Shown here in pieces: positions 29,001 to 37,301 of a DNA stretch of 64,000 bases. Each line of letters starts with the position of its first letter. The first letter of the stretch is position 1. Source of the DNA: an uncultured virus (IMG/VR IMGVR_UViG_3300010354_000066). Its lineage: Duplodnaviria; Heunggongvirae; Uroviricota; Caudoviricetes. The stretch is taken from positions 1 through 64,000 of the IMG/VR virus record IMGVR_UViG_3300010354_000066; one strand, written 5' to 3'. Made by a program: the position numbers and the translations under genes. The notes under the pieces are model-generated. The model saw nothing but the letters and a program-made list of their open reading frames with translations, did no database searches and had not been told where the DNA came from.

Positions 29001-32000
29001 GGTGAAAAAGAATTAATTAAAATAAAGAATATTTTCGATCATGCAAATGGTTTAGCTAGATTAGAGCACTCTACCGGTGTTATAGGTTTCCTAGGAATTA
29101 AAAATATCATATCAGCTTTAGCTGGAGTTAAGTATGTATTACCTCTTAACTATAGAGTAGATACAATACCCAACTATCCACATGTTTATTCTGTTCAGTT
29201 AAGTTTTGTTGACTTTGATATATTCCAGCAAAAAAGAGAGAAGATATCATCAGACCAACAAACAAAATTAATAGAACATTTTGGAACAAAAAGAAATCCA
29301 TTCTTAAGAATTAAGCAGATGTGGGGATCTTTCAATGCGTATCCAGATCTTCCTTTGTCCATAAAAGACAAGGACGGGGGCGTTGTAGGTAATCTAGATC
29401 CAGACTTCTATTTTAGAAGTTTCTCAATGTTTGATTCTGATATTATTAACAATACAAAAATACAATTAGATCTAACTGAAAAGTTTGAATTTGATAATTC
29501 AGATGACTGGGCATTGGGGACATCTGATAACTTAGAGAGAAAAATACAATCAGTTAGAAATACAATATTAGATTTTATTACAAGATATTCCTATACAAAC
29601 GCTAATAACCAAGATGCCCGAGAGCAAAGGGCACTTACTAATGAGCAGTTAATAAACGAAATGATTGACTATGTTCAGAGTACTGGAATTAGTGTCCACA
29701 ATTTTGTAAGCATATTTCAGGATGTTGTTTCTGCAAATACAGAAGGGCAGTCATCAGTAAGGAAACAAGCCCTGTTGACTGATTTTATCTTTTTATCAGC
29801 CTCTTCAAGTGAAGATTTGCAAATATTTGAAGACGTAAACGGCGCTCCATATTTAGTGGGAAACGTTGGTGTAACAAATACATCTACAGAAGATCTAATA
29901 AAATATATTTTAGCTAATTCTCATTTAGAAAATGAAACCCAAGTTAGCTTTGATCCTGATGAAGTAGAGTTTCATAAAGTAATAACAATAATTCCCGGAA
30001 TGGATCCAGAAGAACAAAATCCAAATGAAATCCCAGCCTTTATGCAGACTGCACTTGGAACTCATTTTGGATATATCAATAAAGAAAATGGAAGATTTTA
30101 TCTAACAATAGATGGATCCAATGTAACTATAGAAAATGATGAGAATAGTTCTAGTGGAACAAAAATAAAGTTACAGTCTAATTTCGTAGAAGATACACAA
30201 ACCCCAGATAGAGGATGCACAAACTCTCTAACAGGAGTAGCTGGAGTTAGTTCACTGAATCAATATCAACAAGCATATAGCGGTGACTTTAACGGCCATA
30301 TGGAGAAAATGTTAAATGATATTCAGTATCGCGACATCTCCGGAAGAATGCTTAGAGCCTTTCCAACTTACATGCTGTGGTTAATAGATGAAGGTGGAAT
30401 GTTTGCAGGTGTTAAATTATTTGATAATTTCTACGGACTACAATCTATTGTTGATTTTTCTGTTGTAAGTTCTGAAGATCTTTTGGGTGACACTCTTATT
30501 TTAAGAATGTCAAATATGTACTCTAAGTTAACAACTCGGCCATCCACAGAAATATTTAATGCAAATAATGACGAATTCAGCAATGATCCTTTGAATCTAA
30601 CCGATGGCATAAGTGCAATACTTGATAGAACATTAAATGTCGCTAGAAATATTATTTCTGGAATGAGAAATAACTATGTTGTTGATATCAACAATATAAG
30701 ACTCAAGCCAGGAGTTAGAGTTCACTTAAGATGTGGATATGGAGCAAATCCAAATTCTTTGCAAACCGTTTTCAATGGAGTGATAACAAATGTTGAGCAG
30801 GGAGAGATTGTAACAATCACTGCTCAATCAGATGCAATTGAGCTAGGCGCTGTAGTTAACTCAACTAATAAAAAGGGAGATACTGGAAAAATAGATGGTG
30901 GAGTAGATACTGGAATGTATCTATCGGAGCCACGAGATCTTATGGTTAGACTTCTTAGCATGGGTGCCAGTAGATTTAAGGAAGCCTATGCAAGAGCAAC
31001 TAACGGAACCGTATTTTCTGAAAATAGATTTGGTATTAGACACTTCGGCACAATGTTGTATGAGCCACTTAATGATATAGAAAGAGCTCGTGCAGATGGA
31101 ATTAGACAAACAGTTGCCGGAGTTTATAATAATCTTTCTGAACTAAATATTGGAGGAGCAGCTAACTCCGCAGCATTTAGAATTTCTAATGTTTTCAGTA
31201 GAGATCCCGTTAGTGGACTATTCGGCAATGGTAGCTTAATGACTAGTATGGGTCAACTAATCTCTAACTATTGCTCTGATGTAGACCTAGAATTATTTAA
31301 GAGAAATATTTATCCAGGAAATGGAACGGGCTTTGCTCAATTCCTTGGAGGAGACCTTGATGATGGTTGGTCTACAGCTTCTTCATTTTCACAGGATTCA
31401 ACTGATAGTCTTAGACTTGCTGGCCAAAGATATATTGAATCCGCTACAGATAGATCTTGGAACCGCTTAATAGTAGAAGCAGAACTTGGTTCAACCGCAT
31501 CTACTCAAACAATAGAAAACTTAGTAGAAGACAATAAGTTAGTTTCCGCTGAAGGTAGAGCTGGATTGGTCGCAGGTGTCCTTAAAGGTGCTGCAACAAT
31601 AGGCCTTGCAGCACTAAATCCAGTAGCTGGCGCAGTAGCTGGTGCAGGACTATTTGGTCTTCTAAGGGGGCGTGGTGGAAACAACTTATTTAGAACTATG
31701 GGAATTATATCGCCCAACGCTGACGATGATTTGCAGGGATTTGATGAGGTATCCTTTAGGGCTCAAACATACATGAGAACTGTTTGGGATTTATTCCAAA
31801 CCTGTGCACGTCTACTTCCAAACTACATAGTTGCAGTTAGACCATTTGAAGATAGATCAACAATTTTCTACGGAAAACCACATTGGCTATATACTTCTGG
31901 TGTAGTTCCAGTAACAACGGGTTTCCCAAGTGACGAAAAAGCGGCTCAGCTAAATCTTCCTGGATATCCAAAGATAGTTCAGCCAAATAATGATATAGAA

Positions 32001-35000
32001 AATATTATTAATCAAGTAAGTTCACAAACCAACTCTTTAGCAGATTATGAGGCCTTTAAGAGATCAACTGAACTTTCAGATGTTATATCTGATTTGGTGC
32101 AAGATCAGGTTAATTCCAGAGGAATATATGCCCCAACTGCATCTGTTAATGGTAGATTGATTAACTTTAATTCTAATTTGGCATCTTCTTATTCGGAAAG
32201 AAATGAGAATGGAGTTTATAACGTAGTTTGTAAATTACCAGTAAATGTTGGAAAAGTTAGAATGGGATTTCACTTACCCGTAGGAGATCCAACTAAAACA
32301 TTTGCAGACAGAGGAAACGACAATGCTCAGGGTCATGCTCAAATAGACAACCTTCCAATAAGATTTAGATACCCATTTTATACTGTTAATGAAAATGTAA
32401 TACTCAATAAGTACTCAACAGAGATTCGAGATGGTGGATTATTAGAAGGTACGTATACAGATCTTCGAGCAGAAGGACAAAGATATCCAGTTTCTCTTAA
32501 GGTAGGCTCAGTTGAAATAGCTAGCGATGATTTAATAGATAGATATGTAGAAGATGGAGATACTGTAAAAACAGGTGTATCGGGAGGGCTGGAGTTTACA
32601 AAGGGCATTCTTGCATTGATGCAAGAGGAAATTAATTTTATAAAAGAAAACTCCATAACGATTATACCATCTTCTGAAATTACCTATGAATTAGATAGAC
32701 CTTTAGGTCTAGCTAGTTTAACAGATCAATTAAATCTTGGTGAACAAAGTTTATTTGGAGAAATAAACATAGTAAGAATGCCACTACCATCAGTATCAAT
32801 ATTTGCTAGTGGTGGAGAAAATGATATTGGAGCGATAACAGTAACAACGATAGACGCTGCTGAAAATGCAGATGATTATTCTTTTGAATATGAATTAAAT
32901 GAGCAGATATCGTATCAAGAATGGGGTTCTCCTAAGGGTCTATTGGAAGAGCAGTTTTATATTGCTATGAAATGGCCATATAAACCAGGTTCTTCTGATA
33001 AATTAATACAAGGAGAATCTCTAGAAAAGTTTAAGGAACAGTATGGTTTTGTAAACCTCTATGGTACTGCGGAAGACTATAAAAATAGAAAAGTTTTAGT
33101 ATTTAGCCCATTAACTCAAAGGGCAGTTGTATGCGCACCAGCATACTTTATGTGGGGTGAAGATTCAGATGAAGACGTTGCTGCTGTGGTCTCTCCCGAT
33201 GCCGCCTGGTACTTAGGCTCACTTGTCTCTAGTTTAGTAGATAAAGTTCCTGATGAATTAAAAAATAATTTACCAAATTGGGCTAGTATCGGATCAACTG
33301 AATCAGAAGACGTTTCTATAAATTTTAAACATTCTGGCGGCGATTCTAGAAATCCACTATATACATTAGAAGAGTCTAGTGGAATTGCAATTCAACCAAG
33401 GCTAGTAGATTGCTTCTTTGCGTTTGTTCCGGATGATGTTCCAGTTGGAGTAGTATCTTCTGAATTAGCGCCAGTAAAGAGATTTTTAGTTGGCGATGAT
33501 AAAGCTGTTAATGAAGAGTATATTATTGGATTTGGAAACTACACGGCAACAAATGGAGAAACTCTAACTGCTCAAAGAAAACAGCTAACAGGTTCAGCTG
33601 ATAGTTTAGAAAGACAATTAGCAGAATCAAGTGGAATATTTGCAGAGTGGTCAGCATCTAATGCAAGTATTTCCGATATTGATTATACATATGGTGGAAA
33701 TGTTCTTAAGAGCGGTGATGACCTGGGATATTTTGAAGCCATATTAGATATTACAAAAATATCTAATGATACAGATGTTTTAAGTAGAAGTACTTTGTAT
33801 GACAGATTAGATGGCGAACTATATACAACTGGAGACGACGATACTGGTTCTGGAAGAGTTGGATTTGCTCCAGTTTATTCCATGATGGATTCTGTTAGTG
33901 TTGAGGCGCGATCATTCTATGATGAAAATTTTGATCCAAACGTATCTGTTATAGCCGGAAACGGCAGAACTCTATCACAGGCTAATGATATATGGGATCA
34001 ATTTAGATTTGGTTACCACACATACGAAAGTGTAAAAAATATATTTGCAAAAACATATGGTTTAGATCCTGACGACACTACAGAGTTCCCTGAAGAATTC
34101 AAGAGAATTTTAGATAAAACTAATTCAAAAATATTTTCTAATTTTTCAGATAATACTGTAGATGTACCTGGATTAGAAAATGTAGGAAATATAGAAAATA
34201 CTGGTGTTGATGAACTAGCAATCTTGTTAGGCGCAGATTTCTTTGCAGACTCTAATAGGCAAGGTACGCAACAAGGAACTTCTCAATTAGAAGCCAGGAA
34301 GCAAACAATAGAATTTATAAGAACAAATTACATTGATGCAACAAGTCAGGGAATAAGCGGAGATGCTGGTGTCATTGAATACTTTAATAATGTTATATCT
34401 AAATCTTTAGATAATATTAGAGTTAACTTTTTTGAAAACCAAATAATAAATAACCTACTGCAGTATTCTATTGAGAATACCGATAATCAGAGTGAGGCAA
34501 TAAAGTTATCGGATCAAATAAAAACACCTAAGCAGTTATTCTTATTAATGGTTGGATTGTTTAGGCAAAAACTTTGGAGCACAGCTTATGGTAGAGCTTG
34601 GTTAGTTCTCAAGCCAGACAGAAAGAAAGGTCCTTTTGGAAACGGTAAGGGCTCAGAAGGCTCTTGGTCATTTAAGCCAGTAGATAAGGTTTTCGAAGCA
34701 TTCATAAGTCCATATTCGCAGTATGCAAAAGGTAGCGAAAAATTCCTACAGCTACTAGTTTCTACCGCTTCAGAGGGTAGCAATTCTTCAACTTGGATAG
34801 GTGGAATAGGTGAAGACGCATCTGACTTCTATCAAAGAAATATAGGACCAATATTTACTGCAATTGGGGATGGTCTTAGTGGACTTCTCGGAATGTTTAA
34901 ATTAAACATGATGCAGATGGGTTACGCTATATCTGAAGTTGGAAACTTTGGAAAACAAGCACATATCTTAAATAAGGTTTTAAATGATTCAATTTATTAT

Positions 35001-37301
35001 TCCTTGGGTAGACCTGGCACTTTATTAAGAGCAGTAGATAATCCATTCACAAGAGAATATGGTGAACCAGTACTAGAAGTACGACAGCCATTTCAGCGAC
35101 TACATTACGTTAGTTCTTTCTCGCATATTATTTCAAATCAAATACAAGAGAATCTAAATAACGTAGCAACTGTAGTTACTGCGGTATCAGATGGAAAGCA
35201 TCCGGTTACAGTCGCTCTTGATAAAGGTGCGCCACCAGAACGTCAAACTGAAATAACTGTTGAAACAGGAATATATTATGACAATATGATTGGTTCTGGA
35301 TTCCTTGGAGTACTGCACCCATTAATGCATCCCCTTGAAACATTTAGAGGAGTGGCAAAAAATGCTCAAGGTACACCAGATGAATTGTCTGCTAGAAGAA
35401 TAGCACTAGCACACCTAAAAGAATCTATTAAAGATATTTATGGTGGCGAACTAATCATCATAGGAAATGCAGATATTAGACCGCATGACCTAGTATATCT
35501 CTCAGACGTCTATGAAAGAATGTATGGACTATTTGAAGTTGAACAGGTTGTTCATCACTTTACTCCGGAAATGGGCTACATAACATCAATTACACCCAAC
35601 GCTTTAGTTACTGTTAATGACCCATCGCGCTGGTTCCTATCTTCATGGTTAAGATCCTGGCTGGGGCTACAAAATATTAGAAATGACACTAGATTCTATA
35701 TAGACAATATTATGGCGTCAAATACTGGAATAAATGTTGGCGGTGATATATCAGTAGACGCCCTATCAGATGCCCTAATGCCACAAATGATGGGTGGAAT
35801 TGAATATACGCATGGATCTACATCTTTAGTTAAAGATATTATGGCTAATCAAACTGCATTAACATTACCACAAAAAGCTCAACAGTTAATTGACGCAAAT
35901 AAGAGTGGTTCAGATACTGGATTTAAGGCAGTTGCTGGTGGATTAATAGTTGGTTCTGGCCTAATAGCAGCTGCAGCAGGCGGAGCAGCCGCAGCAATTG
36001 CACTTCCTATAGTTGGACAGCTAGCTTGGAAGGGCTGGAAATGGATTAGAGATAACGTACTTGATCAGCATGGCTGCTACATACAGTACTTAAATAAGAA
36101 TGGTCAACCAATGGACGCTGGCTTATCATATAATCAAGGTATGGTTGTCGGAAGATATCATTCTAAAGCACTTCTTCCAGGTTTACTTGGAGCCAGAAGC
36201 AAAGTAAAAACTCCAGAAGGAAATATATTCATTAGAAGTGATGATCTATTAAAGAGTCTTGGTTGGCAAGAAGTAGAAATAAAAGATTTAGTTAGACATA
36301 TAGACTATGAAAATGCAATAACACACGCAAGAGTTTTGCAATTAAGCGGTCTTGGTCCAGAAAAAGCAGATCTCCAACCATCACTGTTCAGGGTAATCGT
36401 AAAAGTTACCGAATTTATTGACGGTGACACTTTCTGGGTTCAAGATATAATTTCTGGATCTACATTTAAGGTTAGATTTGATGGAATAAATACTGGAGAA
36501 ACTAATACAATTAGAGTTGGCGGCATTCCAAATGAACCAGGTAATGAAGATAATCAAACGCAGCTTACTTCAATAAGTACTCCTGGTGGAAGGGCAAAAC
36601 TCTATACAGAAGAAAAGCTTAAGAACAGAATATTTGTTCTTAGAACAAAAATAAGTAACTCAGCAACTGATGATGTTATATTTGAACAACAATTTGAACC
36701 TGGTGCAAATGAAAATACAGTGGCAAATTACGCCAAAGACGTCACCGCATCAGAAAGAGTTTTGGGCACAATTTGGTATTACCAGCCTGAATCAGTTGTT
36801 CAACAGGCCGAACAATTTGTTCAGTCTTGTTTTATAAAGAATAAAGGAAAAAATGTAGGCGATCCACAAAGCCTGGATAATTTGATTATTAAAGAATTTT
36901 TTAAACAAATTTATGAAGATTCCCCATTATATATACATAGAAATAGGATATTAGGAGCAATTGACTCATTTAGCCGAGTTGCATATGAAACAGCCCAATA
37001 CCAACCACCTAATTTCTTGAAAGAAAATTCTGAAGAAAATTATGGATATAATGTTAATAATGTTGAATTGGTGTACGACGCGCTAGTTCAGTTCTATATT
37101 TTAGATAAAATTTACCAAAAAACAAGTGAATGGCCTACTATATTCTGGGATGAATATTATGAAGATGGATATCCAGTTACATTAAACTGGGAACTAGTAT
37201 CGAATAATTTAGCTCAAGTATACGCTAAGCAAGTGCAGATAGAGTCTGAGTCTGTTATTTCTGCAGAAGAATCAGCCCTTATGCCAAGGAGAGTGATCTA
37301 G
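26046..37301 (+). CDS. Giant baseplate hub fusion protein (3751 aa) with C-terminal thermonuclease-like domain
   Basis: Hub (gpD/gp27-like) motifs LKPGVRVHLRCGYG...VFNGVITNV...VTITAQ (about 30700-30830) and GELIIIGNADIRPHDLVYL...FEVEQVVHHF...GYITSI (about 35440-35590). SNase motifs IDGDT, VRFDGINTGE, RVLG, LNWELV..NLAQVY. Confidence 0.75.
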   Translation: MAINSIARQALTYIAESDLDYTTLSAYLSDQSVSTSSLSAFLQFGDNVDLSTPDITGSQLINLDFNDKYSLALYKKSVSIFISGTAINTSLVLDEYLSVISARFGVLQNPGLSTEADIINHFVTNYAYTDADEKVTKFLASKILERITIWYETSIDVGINDEMLEQLLAFEERLVSEETVEDEKNYEEDEAIYQVQRFFSLIYFGANDGTEVDPMEEFFQKTRKDEITEKNVRATSRVFGIDIKNLLNTSEEETLARSIYSRLESTGLIYLASYAYEIGEFAKKRLQNIATVKKSANDFIDPSVDTPWLQQLSQVVYSLQQDPISFSIINHYFPSLLTFVFDAIAVVGDYSNNGKGGGQEDTLNNMADAILSLEKAFGVSQSGKPIFTLAGTEKFYTTSERIKKALQDFPFRANIPPRKPDIFHLRLGAANFYVPPVSVSVNSAFKTGSLTGGAIRQRNTPKFNAGYKETTVSLRLFFPNYEEIWGLSIDDASSLDLNENFTIDFKNGGDSEDKIDKFLSSLRGLVAAFKYSPILPIKNQYINSVHGITAVALSAMSISTIPSYPFALVVDLELYSYNHKPFLPMIKDFNQAIHWGKYRQYMGKAAGEMHRYVSEAFLLKTSDDKATNQADTYEVSPYGAMPVDTTDEDGILAENLEYVNTYDNDVLSTNIVTQWKDGSNLTLFVPAETQTKIFLPDSTSFRSEQEKILNETSSGLWDRILENFGIDRTSLTPLIKDINDISSLSLESTYPLSTKKFVRQAIDIMTAGTSTDDFREKVYAYKVESFISENITRIDSEQASWLRNYPGENASPSLHFNQYPTIGSESYYRNNEIVKNPEGDNASLNYIKYSIYNESSASGSIVDELVNQEVLRQQKSTGITEVDQDKIRQQITDAFQVNLYERFFKDGFVKNLMEAVRLREGDYHFNEWEVPMTRVDLNPKEAIVNGVSVTMGNNLAKLQVQMQDEPTYQFIGGKDTYINISLTVFGEKELIKIKNIFDHANGLARLEHSTGVIGFLGIKNIISALAGVKYVLPLNYRVDTIPNYPHVYSVQLSFVDFDIFQQKREKISSDQQTKLIEHFGTKRNPFLRIKQMWGSFNAYPDLPLSIKDKDGGVVGNLDPDFYFRSFSMFDSDIINNTKIQLDLTEKFEFDNSDDWALGTSDNLERKIQSVRNTILDFITRYSYTNANNQDAREQRALTNEQLINEMIDYVQSTGISVHNFVSIFQDVVSANTEGQSSVRKQALLTDFIFLSASSSEDLQIFEDVNGAPYLVGNVGVTNTSTEDLIKYILANSHLENETQVSFDPDEVEFHKVITIIPGMDPEEQNPNEIPAFMQTALGTHFGYINKENGRFYLTIDGSNVTIENDENSSSGTKIKLQSNFVEDTQTPDRGCTNSLTGVAGVSSLNQYQQAYSGDFNGHMEKMLNDIQYRDISGRMLRAFPTYMLWLIDEGGMFAGVKLFDNFYGLQSIVDFSVVSSEDLLGDTLILRMSNMYSKLTTRPSTEIFNANNDEFSNDPLNLTDGISAILDRTLNVARNIISGMRNNYVVDINNIRLKPGVRVHLRCGYGANPNSLQTVFNGVITNVEQGEIVTITAQSDAIELGAVVNSTNKKGDTGKIDGGVDTGMYLSEPRDLMVRLLSMGASRFKEAYARATNGTVFSENRFGIRHFGTMLYEPLNDIERARADGIRQTVAGVYNNLSELNIGGAANSAAFRISNVFSRDPVSGLFGNGSLMTSMGQLISNYCSDVDLELFKRNIYPGNGTGFAQFLGGDLDDGWSTASSFSQDSTDSLRLAGQRYIESATDRSWNRLIVEAELGSTASTQTIENLVEDNKLVSAEGRAGLVAGVLKGAATIGLAALNPVAGAVAGAGLFGLLRGRGGNNLFRTMGIISPNADDDLQGFDEVSFRAQTYMRTVWDLFQTCARLLPNYIVAVRPFEDRSTIFYGKPHWLYTSGVVPVTTGFPSDEKAAQLNLPGYPKIVQPNNDIENIINQVSSQTNSLADYEAFKRSTELSDVISDLVQDQVNSRGIYAPTASVNGRLINFNSNLASSYSERNENGVYNVVCKLPVNVGKVRMGFHLPVGDPTKTFADRGNDNAQGHAQIDNLPIRFRYPFYTVNENVILNKYSTEIRDGGLLEGTYTDLRAEGQRYPVSLKVGSVEIASDDLIDRYVEDGDTVKTGVSGGLEFTKGILALMQEEINFIKENSITIIPSSEITYELDRPLGLASLTDQLNLGEQSLFGEINIVRMPLPSVSIFASGGENDIGAITVTTIDAAENADDYSFEYELNEQISYQEWGSPKGLLEEQFYIAMKWPYKPGSSDKLIQGESLEKFKEQYGFVNLYGTAEDYKNRKVLVFSPLTQRAVVCAPAYFMWGEDSDEDVAAVVSPDAAWYLGSLVSSLVDKVPDELKNNLPNWASIGSTESEDVSINFKHSGGDSRNPLYTLEESSGIAIQPRLVDCFFAFVPDDVPVGVVSSELAPVKRFLVGDDKAVNEEYIIGFGNYTATNGETLTAQRKQLTGSADSLERQLAESSGIFAEWSASNASISDIDYTYGGNVLKSGDDLGYFEAILDITKISNDTDVLSRSTLYDRLDGELYTTGDDDTGSGRVGFAPVYSMMDSVSVEARSFYDENFDPNVSVIAGNGRTLSQANDIWDQFRFGYHTYESVKNIFAKTYGLDPDDTTEFPEEFKRILDKTNSKIFSNFSDNTVDVPGLENVGNIENTGVDELAILLGADFFADSNRQGTQQGTSQLEARKQTIEFIRTNYIDATSQGISGDAGVIEYFNNVISKSLDNIRVNFFENQIINNLLQYSIENTDNQSEAIKLSDQIKTPKQLFLLMVGLFRQKLWSTAYGRAWLVLKPDRKKGPFGNGKGSEGSWSFKPVDKVFEAFISPYSQYAKGSEKFLQLLVSTASEGSNSSTWIGGIGEDASDFYQRNIGPIFTAIGDGLSGLLGMFKLNMMQMGYAISEVGNFGKQAHILNKVLNDSIYYSLGRPGTLLRAVDNPFTREYGEPVLEVRQPFQRLHYVSSFSHIISNQIQENLNNVATVVTAVSDGKHPVTVALDKGAPPERQTEITVETGIYYDNMIGSGFLGVLHPLMHPLETFRGVAKNAQGTPDELSARRIALAHLKESIKDIYGGELIIIGNADIRPHDLVYLSDVYERMYGLFEVEQVVHHFTPEMGYITSITPNALVTVNDPSRWFLSSWLRSWLGLQNIRNDTRFYIDNIMASNTGINVGGDISVDALSDALMPQMMGGIEYTHGSTSLVKDIMANQTALTLPQKAQQLIDANKSGSDTGFKAVAGGLIVGSGLIAAAAGGAAAAIALPIVGQLAWKGWKWIRDNVLDQHGCYIQYLNKNGQPMDAGLSYNQGMVVGRYHSKALLPGLLGARSKVKTPEGNIFIRSDDLLKSLGWQEVEIKDLVRHIDYENAITHARVLQLSGLGPEKADLQPSLFRVIVKVTEFIDGDTFWVQDIISGSTFKVRFDGINTGETNTIRVGGIPNEPGNEDNQTQLTSISTPGGRAKLYTEEKLKNRIFVLRTKISNSATDDVIFEQQFEPGANENTVANYAKDVTASERVLGTIWYYQPESVVQQAEQFVQSCFIKNKGKNVGDPQSLDNLIIKEFFKQIYEDSPLYIHRNRILGAIDSFSRVAYETAQYQPPNFLKENSEENYGYNVNNVELVYDALVQFYILDKIYQKTSEWPTIFWDEYYEDGYPVTLNWELVSNNLAQVYAKQVQIESESVISAEESALMPRRVI

